Source: the human T2T-CHM13v2.0 reference genome, Homo sapiens. Taken from it: a stretch of DNA of 64,000 nt. The DNA lies in assembly GCF_009914755.1 (NCBI RefSeq), contig NC_060933.1. One strand, given 5' to 3'. Of this stretch, positions 1 through 12,468 are shown piece by piece. A model generated the notes under the pieces. It was not told where the DNA came from. It searched no databases and worked only from the letters and a program-made list of their open reading frames with translations. Position numbers and translations under genes: made by a program. Position 1 is the stretch's first letter. Each line of letters starts with the position of its first letter.

Positions 1-169
1 TTACGCTCTTTCTTAAAAAAAGCTAAGCAATCTCTGTTAATCAGAATCATTAAATAACGAGTTTTTCAGCTGTCCAGTATTAGAACAAAGCAAATAAGAA
101 AACAATGATCTCACAGACATTTTTTTTCTCAGATATCTTGCTATACTGATTCAATCCAACCTTCTGGAT

Positions 170-455
170 AAGATGTTGTCCAGCAGAAATATATATAAGC
201 CACAAGTAATTTAAAAATTTTAAGCAGCCATACTGAAAAAAAAGTTTTTAATAAAAGGTCAAATTAATTTTGATATTTTACTTAACTCACGATCTGCAAA
301 ATACTATTTCAATACATAATATATCAAAAGTATTAAGATATTTATTTTGTTCATACCAAATTTTCAAAATCTGGTATAAATTTTACACTTAACACATCTC
401 ACTTTTTAAGTACTTAACCACATGTGGGTGATGGTATCAAAGTGGACAGTATAGT
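170..455. mobile_element. MER33-like hAT-Charlie MITE
   Basis: Begins tgttgtccagcagaaatatatataagccaca and ends gtggacagt; resembles the recalled MER33 consensus. Confidence 0.6.
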
Positions 456-933
456 TCTAGATCCACACTATACAGTATAACGTTAAATCATGTGTGTGAT
501 GATGACCCTAAGGCAAGTTGCCTTATCAAAGAAAGGCTCAATTTGACTCAATACGTTTAAATTATGTCTAAGTATATTAATATTTTCCCAGAAGTTTGCA
601 CTGACAGAAGGCACTTTCTAAAACCAGAGTATATACTGCCTGAACATTTCAAGTAAATGTACTTCAAAATTTTACACATAACCTAACAGTCTATGAAATC
701 CCAGAATAAGCTAATTAGAAGTTACACAGAAACTCCCCTCCATTATCTGCACTAATGTCTCACATATATAACTCTCCATTCTTCTAGATGTTATCTTGCT
801 CGTGGATACTTGGAAATCCTCAAAGCTCTTTTCAATAGCTGATGATGAACAATTAACCAAAAAAAAAAAAATCTCATACACAGGGACTTTGTGCCACTAC
901 ACATTTATGCTTTTGTATCTATTTACTTACATA

Positions 934-1295
934 CAGGTTGAGCATCCCCAGTCCAAAAATATGAAATCTGAAATGCTCCAAAATCTGAAATTTTTTAACA
1001 CCATGACATCACATGTGGAAAAATCCCATATGTAACACCTTTGCTTTCTGATGGTTCAATGTATACAGTTTGTTTCACTCGCAAAATTATTTAAAATATT
1101 GTATAAAATTACCTTTAGGCTCTGTGCATAAAATGTACATGAAATATAACTGAATTTCATGTTTATATTTAGGTGCCATCCCCAAGATATCTCATTATGT
1201 ATATACAAATATTCCAAAATCCAAAAAAAAAGAAAATCCAAAGTCCCAAACACTTCTGGTCCCAAGCATTTCCCATAGGGGATACTCAAAACCTG
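934..1295 (+). mobile_element. Tigger4/Zombi-type MITE
   Basis: TIRs caggttgagcatccc ... gggatactcaaaacctg, flanked by TA on both sides. Confidence 0.85.
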
Positions 1296-2239
1296 TATTA
1301 CAAAAATCTCTATTAATGACAGCACCTTGGAATGTACACAGTGCAGTTTATATTCTCACTACCTATTCTAGCAACCTGTAAGTAAAAATTTATGTTACTC
1401 AGTTGATTCTGAGTGCTCCGTGAATAATAAATTTCACTCTAAATTGGAAAAAAGCTTAAGCTTTATTAGTAACCTTGAACAAGTAACATTATTAAATACC
1501 AAATGTATATAGCACTGTAAAAAATTAAGGCAACCTGTTTCTGCCTGTTGGTACTCACGACCAGAAACCAATGGAAAAATAGGAAAATAAATTACCACCT
1601 TACAATTTACCCAAGAAGTTTAACGTAATTTCATCTAATCACTTATTACAGCATGTTCATATAAACAGAATTTTGGTATAATGTGTTAAGGAATCTACAT
1701 TACATAGAAATACTTATTGAAAGAAATTTTAACTTATAGAAAACGGAATTTGTCTGATACAGAGCATAAGCCTTCAATATTATCCTCTGGAGGTCTTCGG
1801 CTTACCCTCTGACCCTCCAAAATTAGGTACAAATTTTAAAGACTAAATATTTCCCAATTTCTAACTGGACACTTTCAGTGGAATTTTAATGTCATTAAGT
1901 ATTTTTAATGACAAATTTTCATTTGTAACAAACAGTTTCAATCAAACCCTTTAAAATTTTTAAATTATAAAATGGCATATCTTTTGTGCTTCAAGTAGAT
2001 TTTACAAATAGGTCATTTGAAAACTGCTTTTCTTTTTCTTCCACATTTTCCTGTATCTGTTTCCCTTGCATATACAAAGCCCAACTTGTCTACAGGTTCT
2101 CTGGTGTGGTGATAAGCGTCAATTTTTATCACATTTTCTGCTTCAACATAAAACAATGATCAAGAATTTAAAAATAAACTACCATCAGAAAAGGCTACTT
2201 CAGAAAGACTTTAATTTTATCTATTAACAATTCGTACTG

Positions 2240-2544
2240 GGCCGGGTGCCCGGTGGTTCACACCTGTAATCCTAGCACTTTGGGAAGCCGAGGCAGGCGG
2301 ATCACAAGATCAGGAGTTCGAGACCAGCCTGGCCAACATGGTGAAACCCTGTCTCTACTACAAATAGGAAAATTAGCCGGGTGTGGTGTGGCATGCGCCT
2401 GTAGTCTCAGCTACTAGGGAAGCTGGGGTGGGAGAATCCTTGAACCCGGGAAGGGGAGGTTGCAGTGAGCCGACACCATGCCATTGCACTCCAGCCTGGG
2501 GGGTGACAGAGACTCCATCTCAAAAAAAAAAAAAAAAAAAAAAA
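2240..2544 (+). repeat. Alu (S-type)
   Basis: GGCCGGG start, dimer structure, poly-A tail. Confidence 0.95.
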
Positions 2545-2910
2545 ATCTCACTTTGGTTACAGCAGAGTAAAATAAAAGCGTTCACAGAATTTATAATTTT
2601 AACATCACAAAAAGCAAAAACATCCTCACAGCTATAACATCATATATTGACTGAAAGGAATTTTTCTATTTATAAAATACTGATTATTTCTAATCTTTTG
2701 CAGTAAAATGCTGAAAGCACCCAGGATGGTGGAGGCATGAATTAGGAATCCTAGAAAAGAGATCCGAGAGCTTTAAAACTTAATATGGCTACACACCCGC
2801 TAAAATAGCTAAAATTACAGAGACTGACAATATCAAAATGTTAGCAGGGATATGGAGCAACAGGAACTCCCATGTATCTTCATTGGCGGGATGGTAAAAT
2901 GATACAAGCA

Positions 2911-2942
2911 TTTTTCAGTATATGTGCTGCTGAAGCCAGCAC
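2911..2942 (-). pseudogene. U6 snRNA 5' fragment (3'-truncated retrocopy)
   Basis: Reverse complement GTGCTGGCTTCAGCAGCACATATACTGAAAAA vs U6 GTGCTCGCTTCGGCAGCACATATACTAAAA: 24/26 identical over U6 nt 1-26. Confidence 0.85.
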
Positions 2943-2945
2943 TCC

Positions 2946-3254
<309 letters not shown>

Positions 3255-4829
3255 CAGAAGCATTTTTTAAAACATAGTTTCTCACAAAACTGAAACATAC
3301 AATTGCCCTATGACCTACTCAAACCAAGTCTAAGTATATAACCATGAAAGATAAAAGAGTAAGACCACAAAAAGACTTGTATAAGACTGTTCATAGTAAC
3401 TAACTGCAAACAGCCCAGGTGACCTTCAACAGTGAATAGATTAATTATGGTATACACATACAGTGGAAAACTACACACTAATAAAAAGAAAGGAACTACT
3501 GATACACGCAACAAAGACGAAACTCAAAAACATTATGCTGAGTGGGAAAAAAAAGCCTTACCCAGAAAAATACACACAGTACTATAGACTCTATGGGATC
3601 CCATTTAATGTTAAGTTCTAAAACAGGCAACTCTGTAACTTAGGGCATAAAAAAAAAAAACTGGGTGGTTGATGGAAAGGCCAAGTGACTGAAATGACTG
3701 GGAAAAGGCAAGAAAAAACTTTCTAGTCAATTATAATGTTCTATATCTTGATAAGAGCTTGGGCTACACAGGTGTAAGCATTTATGAAAACTCACGGAAT
3801 GGCAACCATATGCATTTCACTGCTGCCAAAATTACGTCAAAAAACGTAAAAAATGAAGTTGAACTTAGGCAAATAAGTTCACAATGCTGAAGTGACATGT
3901 ACTGGTGTCATCTACTGATACGTGCAACTTACTCTGAATTGCTCCCCAAAATTAAATGAACTTGATAATCGATTATAATACCGTAAAATGCTAATTGTAG
4001 ATGATGGACATATGTGTATCCACTTCCCAATTCTTTCAACTTTCCGCATGCTTGAAAATACAAAAATGGTAAGGAAAATTTTTACAAGCACTGGGAGACA
4101 AAAACAAAAGTGATAATTCTGTTGGTGGTAAAAGTTTCTCTCATTTGATGTTACACACCTCACTGCTTCACAAAATACACTACCTTTGGAACTCGTTAAA
4201 CCAATACCCCAATCACCTACTGTCCCTGGGGAAACTGATAGGTACATTTCAGGAATTGTTGTTTCCTGTCACAAACTGTTCACGTTGTTTGCGATCTTCA
4301 GAGATTAAGTCAGTAATTATGGAAAACACGACGTATTCAACAATACACTAAAATTATTTGTTAAATTCCACCAAGAATCTTAATTAACTGCAAGATTTGT
4401 ATTCCTGAACCAAGTTTAAGTAATATTCTGCATTCACTCCGATTTTCTTTTATTTGATTGCAACCGCTAATATCAACATCGCTATCGCCCCTCTAAAATC
4501 AAACAAAAACCTACCCAATGATTGGCATCTAAGAGATGATAAACATACTAAAAGGGAAAGAGCAAGTCATCAGTGAAAGAAAGTCATTCACTTTTCTCCT
4601 TAAACCTAGTACTATCACTATTACTTAAGATGGAGCTAAAAACAGTTTCTACGTCATAATTTTTTTTTAAAGGTTGCAAGGTGGGAAAGATTTCAGGAGT
4701 TAAAATGCAGAACTAAATATACACATGCACCTCACCCCAAAACCCACCTTAACAAGCAGGCACGTAAAACAACGAGGATCCCACCCACCCCTTTTTAATT
4801 CATGAAACAAAACCGCAGCCTGAGCTAAA

Positions 4830-6490
4830 GCGAACCCTCGCCCCCGCCCAGCCTCCACCCCGCCCGGAGGCTGGCGGTGGGTCCCTTTCCTTTGTGAGGA
4901 GTTGGAGGGGAGGCGACGGAGGGCGGGGAACTGGGGGAGGAGGCTGAGGGTCGGCGGATACCAGAGAAGGAAGGCTCCGAGAAAAGCGGCATCAGCCCGT
5001 CCCACAAACAGGCCGCGCCGCCACGCCACAAACCATTGCGGTGTCCCAAGGCGCAAACCCACGAACTTGGGTGTGATCTAATTTGGGACGACGCCCGGGA
5101 GAATGGCCGAGGACGACCCCTCTCCCAGGCCCTTCCAAAAGGTCTCCTGGGGCGGCGGGCGGAGGTCCTGCCGCCACCCCCATCCCGGCCCGAGCCCCAG
5201 GCGGCCTCACCTGCTGGACGGAGCTATTCTCGGGCACGGCGAATTCCTCCTTTTCCTTCGGGGTCTTCACGGTGACTTTCATGATTTTGGGCTCCGCGGA
5301 GGCAGCGGCCGCGGGGGCGCCAGCACCTTCGGCTCCGGCGGCGCTATCCTGGGAGCCCGGAGGACCGCCGCTTTCACCACTCTCGGCCATGGCTGTGGCG
5401 GCGGCGGCGGCGGTGACTCAGGCAAGCAGGAGGGAGCAGGCGAGCAAGGAGGAGCCAGCAGACACCAGAGCCGGCAGGCCTGGACAGCGAAGAATGCAGA
5501 GCACGCCGCCTCAGTAGCAACGGGCGCAGGGCCACCGTAGCGGGTGTGGGGCCCCGGAGCTCGGTGCAGGCTCTGGCGCAGGCCCGGGTCAGGCGCTCGG
5601 CAGCCGCCGTGTGTTCAGGCGCCGCTCGCTCACACCGACATCCGCAGCAGCCACCGCTTCCTCCTCCCTGCCCCTTCCCCCACGTCCCTTCGCCGGCGCC
5701 GCGCGGAGCACGCCGGGTAACGCGCCTGGCGGCGTCGCCGAGTCATCCCCGGCTGGCGCGACTTTGAGCTCAGCCTGCGTGCCTTTTCCTTTCCCGCTCC
5801 ATTGCCCAAAGTGCAGGCGAAGCCAGTGTGAAGGACTAAAAGCAAAATGGGGCGGGGTAGGTCAGTTCATGGTTTTTTTCCACTCCTTTCACCAAAAACT
5901 AAATCGCAGTTTCCAGTTAAGCGCTGTAACGGCGCACCGAGATGACGTCACGGTTAGCGAAATTACTAGAAAGGGACCAGTGGGCCCTGCGGCCGCGGCT
6001 GCGCCTGCGCGCTTGCTGTCCAGGTAGTCTCCCCACCTTACCTCATGCCCAGCTGGGCCGTGTTCACCCCTCCGCGCTGTCACAATCGCCTTGCCCTCCC
6101 TTGCCTCTCTGTCTACTCTGCGTTCCCCGCTGGGAGGAGGGTCTGGTGATAAAATAGCGGCGAGGTATTTTGTTATTTTAATATGCTTAGCGTTTGATAT
6201 TTGGAGGGGTCGTATTGCCCTATGCGGGGGAGTTGGGGTAAGTTAATGGTGGAAAGGCCTCAGCACAACGAACAGAAAATGGAGTGAACGCCCGTGACTG
6301 CCCTGCGCAATCCTGCGGAGTCATTGCTTCATGGCCAGAGCTTATTTACCGCCCTCGGGTTAGCCCGGTTTGGTCAGACGATCAGTCAGGCGACCTGTAT
6401 TGACAGTGGCCTCTGCTGCTACGATGACAGCTGTGCGCGAGCGCCCCCAGATTATCTGTGTGTAGGGCGGAACAGGGTGCCCGAGGAGTG
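4830..6490. promoter_or_regulatory. CpG island / UBQLN1 promoter and 5'UTR, probably bidirectional
   Basis: Very high GC and CpG density; GC box GGGGCGGGG 5849-5857; CRE TGACGTCA 5943-5950; NRF1-like TGCGCCTGCGC 6000-6010; ARE-like ATGACTCGGC (5737-5746, -) and ATGACTCCGCA (6314-6324, -); short (CCG)n just upstream of the ATG. Confidence 0.9.
5211..5390 (-). CDS. UBQLN1: Ubiquilin-1 coding exon 1 (60 codons, N-terminus and start of UBL domain); remaining exons lie left of the window
   Basis: Translates [60 protein letters not shown]; Kozak gccATGG; phase-0 donor CAG|gtgagg at 5211/5210; lies in a CpG island. Confidence 0.97.
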
Positions 6491-7296
6491 TCCACCCAAA
6501 TGGGACAATTTAATATAGTTGAGGTGTTCGCCTTATATTCTATCAAATTAAGTTACTGGTCAATTTCAGGCTTTAAGTGGCATTAAGGATAGTTCCAAAA
6601 TTATTTTCAGTGTAATACAGAGAGAAATTATCTCTGAGAATCCTAATTTGAAATGACGTCATTGGCTTTTAAAGATGACTTGCAAGGAATGTACAAACCA
6701 GCCCATTATTAATCAATGTTGCACAATTTAAATCCTGACAGCCCACTATGACCCAAATCCGCAAAGATACATTCTGCGTTTCTGCTCCTAAGCCGTCCAA
6801 CCCTGTTCTGAGAATAAATACTGTTACATAAACACGACTTTTTAGCAGAGCTCTATGGAATCTGGGTCTAAGAGAATCCTGAGGGTATCGATTTCAGTAT
6901 AGACATCATTTGATATCACCTAAATTTCTGGCAGCATGGCTCAATAACAAGGCCTTCTGCTTAATGAAGGATGACTACTTGGTTATGTCCAGGTGTGAGA
7001 TGATCACTGCTTCTAAAGCTAGAAAGTGCCACAACTGGACAACCAATCATTTGGAATTTCTTCCATATGTCTAAATAAAATTTCTCCTCAACTTCATTAG
7101 CTCCTCATTACCTGTTTTTCCCTGTCATGCTGTGTCTTACCTGCATGCTTTGCCTAGGCTGCCTTCCTCTACCTAGAATGACTTTCCCCTTGCCTTCACC
7201 TGTCTAACTTCTACTCATCCTGTATCACATGCCCCAGGAAGACTTCACTCCCTACCATTTAGAGATATGGTTTTTCCCTTGATTCTCCAACAAATA

Positions 7297-7298
<2 letters not shown>

Positions 7299-7334
<36 letters not shown>
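7299..7334. repeat. (TG)n microsatellite
   Basis: ~18 TG units. Confidence 0.95.
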
Positions 7335-7335
<1 letters not shown>

Positions 7336-7526
7336 TCCCTGCATTTATGGACTTTGCAATTATCTGTGTCTACATTATTGTCTAAAAATGTTTGATGTGT
7401 GTGACACTATAAGGTAATAAGATTTACCTGTAAGAAGATACCATATAGTTATCCATTGTTATGGCACTTTTTAGATATAATCCTGACCTGCATGAGAATC
7501 GGAGGTGGGGGCACTATGGTGTAAAT

Positions 7527-7813
7527 CAGAGATTAGTGAACTTTCTGGGAGGGCTAGATAGTAAATATTTGGTTGGTGCCAAAAAAAAAAATTTGCAAAA
7601 ACCGCAATTATTTATGCATCAACCTAATATTTTAGGCTTTGTGAGCCACAGGATCTCGGTCTAAAACACTAAGCTATGCCCTTGTATCACAGAGTAACCA
7701 TAGACAATACATACATGAATAATCATAGCTATGTTTACTAAAAACTCTACTTGCAAAACAAAAACAGACATAGGATCTGATTTGGCCTACAGAAGATAGT
7801 TTGCCAACCCCAG
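7527..7813 (+). mobile_element. MER58A-like hAT MITE, interrupted by a MADE1
   Basis: agatagtaaata|ttttaggctttg ... tagtttgccaacccc matches the recalled MER58A consensus once the insert is removed. Confidence 0.75.
7568..7627. mobile_element. MADE1 (Hsmar1 MITE) with a degenerate left arm
   Basis: TA|tttggttggtgcc...aaaaaccgcaattatttatgcatcaacctaa|TA. Confidence 0.85.
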
Positions 7814-8501
7814 GTCTAGATGTTTATTTGTGGCATTTTCTTCCGAATGGTTTTTGTTTGTTAAATGGTCTGTCTGGAGAAAATTTTAAGAACATATTTT
7901 ATCACAGTATCCTAATACTGTATAATACTATATTGAGCATACAAGAATAATAAGACTCAGTTTCTGCCGTCAAAAAACTTGAAGTGATAGTTGGATGATG
8001 GGGGTGAGGGATAGGAGGGAGACTGGCAGTGATGTCCTGGTAAATGACTAATAACCAGTCCTCCTGAAAATAAACTTTATTACATTTGCCAATTTCCTTG
8101 ATGTAAATACTTGCAAATGGTTACCAACTTGAGATCCTCTGCCTCACAAAACACGTGAAATTTTACCAGTAAGCCCTCACAAGCCAGTATGAGCCAGCTC
8201 CAACTGAAGAAGTCCCATTTTGAGAAAATCCATTATTCAGAGTTCAAGTATATTGATAGAAGGTTATTATTCACGATAGAATAATTCTTTTTTGACAAAA
8301 TGATTCAGTCAACTCAATAAGAATTCATTGAGTATCCTCTGACAAACTTTAATCCTCTAATCTTGTGTCCAGGAACATACCTTTAATACGAGGTAGTACA
8401 TATGTCATGTAAGTGCTATAAATAACATGACTTCATCATGTTACTAGGCTACTGAAAAATCTATCATAAGTTTCCCACTGCCTAGAAAATAAAGCCAAAG
8501 C

Positions 8502-8806
<305 letters not shown>

Positions 8807-9691
8807 TAACTAGGCCTTCCACAGGTAACTCCTAGTGTTGACTCCTGTTGCTCTCAATATATATGCTCCATTCCAGTCAAATACCTTTATTATCATCCCT
8901 AGAAGCACTTATACATTATACTTTTCTTAACTTCTGATCATTCCTTCAAGTCATTACACCCACCTCCTTGTACCCATTATTGCTACCTGCTTTCTGAAAC
9001 TCCTTGAATACCCAAGCTTACAGAATCTGACCTTCCGTCATAATTACCTGCACATTTCTCTTGACCATTCATCACTTGTAGCACAGCTTCTATTATCTGA
9101 AACTTTCTCCTGCTACCAGTCTAGTTTACACCCTCATTAGCTCTGGCCTAGATTACAGCAATAACCTCCTACAGATTCCTCTGCCTCAATCTAAAGTCTC
9201 CATCCTCAACTCTTATTTTCCTGTGATGCCATATGTTATCCTAGAACGAAGCTTTGATTATGACACCTGCTTGAAAATTTCCAGTCACTGTCACCAAAGT
9301 GTTAAGAGTAATGTCTAAACTTTGTGGCATGGTGTCCAGGGTCTTCTGTAAACCAAAGACCTTGCTCTTCACTCATATCTTATCCTCAACCAAACTGGTC
9401 AGCTAAGCTCTCCAAGCATGTCTTGCACTTTCCAGCTTCAACTGCAAGTAGAAATTCTTCCCCCTTATTTTGACCCCATCATTTTACCCATCCCGCAAGA
9501 CTCAAATGTGACATTCCCTAATAACCCTTTTTGGATCCGAAATAGTCTTTAAATCCTCTGTATTCCCATATAGCTTTATTACTTTTTGATGTCACTTACC
9601 ACATTCTGTCTTGTATCATATGTCTGTGCATATCTCATTTATTAGATAAAGGCCTTGAAAACAGGGATCAAGTCTTAATCATCATTTATAC

Positions 9692-10042
9692 CAGAGGTCC
9701 CCAACCCCTGGGCCATGGACCAGTACCAGTCTGTGGCCTGTTAGGAACTGGGCTACACAGCAGGAGGTGGTGAGTGACAGGCAAGCAAGCATTACTGCCT
9801 GAGCTCCACCTCCCATCAGATCAGCAGCAGCAGCGGCATTAGATTCTGTTAGGAGAGTGATCACTATTGTGAACTGGGCATGTGAGGGATCTAGGTTGTG
9901 TGCTCCTTAAGAGAATCTAATGCCTGATGATCTGAGATGGAAGAGTTTCATCCCAAAACCATCTCCCCCTGACCCCCAGTCCATGGAAAAATTGTCTTCC
10001 ACAAAACCGGTCCCTGGTGCCAAAAAGGTTGGGGAACTGCTG
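9692..10042 (+). mobile_element. MER1B hAT-Charlie MITE
   Basis: cagaggtccccaacccc...aaaaaggttggggaactgctg, colinear with the recalled MER1B consensus. Confidence 0.88.
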
Positions 10043-11314
10043 GTCGGTACAAAAGTAATTGTGGTTTTTGCACTGTTGGAATTTGTCATTTGATATTGGA
10101 ATACATTCTTAAATAAATGTGGTTATGTTATACATCATTTTAATGTGCATTTCTTTTTTTTTTTTTTTTGCTAATGACATTGCTGTTTGTTTTGTATTTA
10201 TTTTAGACTATGGAAATGATGTTAGACAAAAAGCAAATTCGAGCAATTTTCTTATTCAAGTTCAAAATGGGTCATAAAGCAGCGGAGACAACTCACAACA
10301 TCAGCAACACATTTGGCCCAGGAACTGCTAATGAACGCACAGTGCAGTGGTGGTTCAAGAAGTTTCACAAAGGAGAGGAGAGCCTTGAAGATGAGGAGCA
10401 TAGTGGCCAGCCATCGGAAGTTGACAGTGACCAATTGAGAGCAATCATCGAAGCTGATCCTCTTATAACTACACCTGAAGTTGCTGAAGAACTCAACATT
10501 GACCATTCTACAGTCGTTCGGCATTTGAAGCAAATTGGAAAGGTGAAAAAGCTTGGTAAGTGGGTGCCTTGTGAACTAAGCGAAAAACAAAAAAATTGTC
10601 GTTTTGAAGTGTCATCTTCTCTTATTCTACGCAACAACAGTGAACCATTTCTCGATCAGATTGTGATGTGCCATGAAAAGTGGATTTTATATGACAGCCA
10701 GTGACAGCCAGCTCAGTGGTTGGACCAGGAAGCTCCAAAGCATTTCCCAAAGCCAAACTTGCACCAGAATAAGGTCATGGTCACTGTTTGGTGGTCTGCT
10801 GCTGGTCTGATCCACTACAACTTTCTGAATCCTGGCGAAACCCTTACATCTGAGAAATATGCTCAGTAAATCGATGAGATGCACCAAAAACTACAACACC
10901 TGCCGCTGGCATTGGTCAACAGAAAGGGCCCAATTCTTCTCCACGACAGTGCCCAACCACACATTGCACAACCAGCACTTGGGAAATTGAACGAATTGGG
11001 CTACGAAGTTTTGCCTCATCCTCCATATTCACCTGACCTCTCGCCAACTGACTACCACTTCTTCAAGCATCTTGACAACTTTTTGCAGGGAAAACGCTTC
11101 CACAACCAGCAGGATGCAGAACATGCTTTCCAATAGTTCGCTGAATCACAAAGCATGGATTTTTATGCTACAGGAATAAACAAACTTATTTCTCGTTGGC
11201 AAAAATGTGTTGATTGTAATGGTTCCTATTTTGATTAATAAGATGCATTTGAGCCTAGTTATAATGATTTAAAATTCACAGTCCAAAACCACAATTACTT
11301 TTGCACCAAGCTAA
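10042..11314 (+). mobile_element. Full-length Hsmar1 mariner transposon
   Basis: Left TIR ggtcggtacaaaagtaattgtggttttt (outermost bases missing); right TIR ccacaattacttttgcaccaagctaa followed by TA; internal transposase gene. Confidence 0.97.
10210..11238 (+). pseudogene. Hsmar1 transposase pseudogene: single frame, 342 codons, three nonsense codons
   Basis: MEMMLDKKQIRAIFLF...WVPCEL...HPPYSPDLSPTDY...NGSYFD*; in-frame stops at 10702, 10867 and 11134; first catalytic D changed (CDEKW to CHEKW). Confidence 0.95.
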
Positions 11315-11915
11315 TACCACACAGTGCCCAGTGTGATTTCTTGGCATGAGAGCATTTATTGTTGAAATGAATTATTGAACCATCCTGTTTTCCACCAGAG
11401 AGGAAACTCCTTTAGAGCAGTAGATCATATTTTATACTCCTTTGTCTTTCCCGAAGTTTATAGTATAGTGACATAAATAGATGATTGATTAATTCAAAGA
11501 AAGATAGATGTATACATACATGCCTTAGAACTTATTTGCTTTACAATAGAAGTTCAAAGAAATAAAACACTGGGGCAGGGGAAGGTGGAAAAGTCAGAGG
11601 CTTTTGAAAGAAATGATTTTGAGCCAGCCCTTAAGGAATGGATATGATTTTAAGCATGTTGAGAGGGACGATGTCTTGAGAAAGAGTTCATAATGGGGAA
11701 TAGAAACTCTCCTAGAACACCAGTCTCAAATTGGGTCCATAGCCTAGGAACAATTGGAACACTTCATAAATATCTCTAGGGCTACTTCAAAATCAAAGGG
11801 AATGAAGTGTTCCAGTTGTTTCTGAGTCTTCGGGCTGGAGAAGAGGTGGTGGTAAAGATGGGTGCTTATTAATTTGCCAACTAAAACTTTAGACACTGGG
11901 TAGAAGGAGCAACTA

Positions 11916-11992
11916 TTAGGTTGGTGCAAAAGTAACTGCAGTTTTTGCCATATTTTAATGACAAAACTGCAGTTACTTTTGTACCAACCTAA
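11916..11992. mobile_element. MADE1 MITE (near-perfect palindrome)
   Basis: TA|ttaggttggtgcaaaagtaactgcagtttttgcc...acaaaactgcagttacttttgtaccaacctaa|TA. Confidence 0.97.
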
Positions 11993-12468
11993 TATATGTA
12001 CGGCCACTACAAACTTTGGATAAAAGTTGCTAAGTAGGATCCCATAGTTTTCTTGGTGCTGTACCAAGCACTGCATAACACACAGAAGCAAAGGGGGCTG
12101 GCAGCGGCACAAGGTAAGGAGACATAGCAGCCTCTTTGGAGAACATGGCTGGGGCTCTATTCGTTTTTTCGCTTTTTATTTTGAAGTAATTATAGGAAGT
12201 TGCAAAAATAGAGTCCTGTGTACCCTTGCTTCCCCCAGTGGTGGCATTTGATATTGTTGCATAATATCAAAATTAGGAAATTGACATGTTAACTAGACTA
12301 CAGACCTTACTGGTTGTACCATATTTTTAACCTGCATTCATTTGCATGTGTGTGTCTGTATGCATGTAGCTGTATGCAAAATTCCATACATAAATTTATG
12401 TTACCATCACTGCAGTCAAGATACAGAATTATTCTATCACCAGTCTATTTTTAATCCTTCCTGTATTA

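Noticed and set aside
4992-5210. Extension of the 132-aa ORF beyond ...SSVQQ
   Set aside because: It reads through the canonical donor into intron 1, and the sequence no longer resembles ubiquilin.
5036-6157. Several 70-145 aa ORFs on both strands in the CpG island
   Set aside because: Expected from stop-poor GC-rich DNA or antisense to the exon; mostly non-ATG starts and no recognisable domains. The 5611 ORF's possible donor at ~6024 would be out of frame with the Hsmar1 acceptor.
10210-11238. Active transposase or the SETMAR gene itself
   Set aside because: Three nonsense codons, a catalytic D-to-H change, a clipped left TIR and no SET-domain exons.
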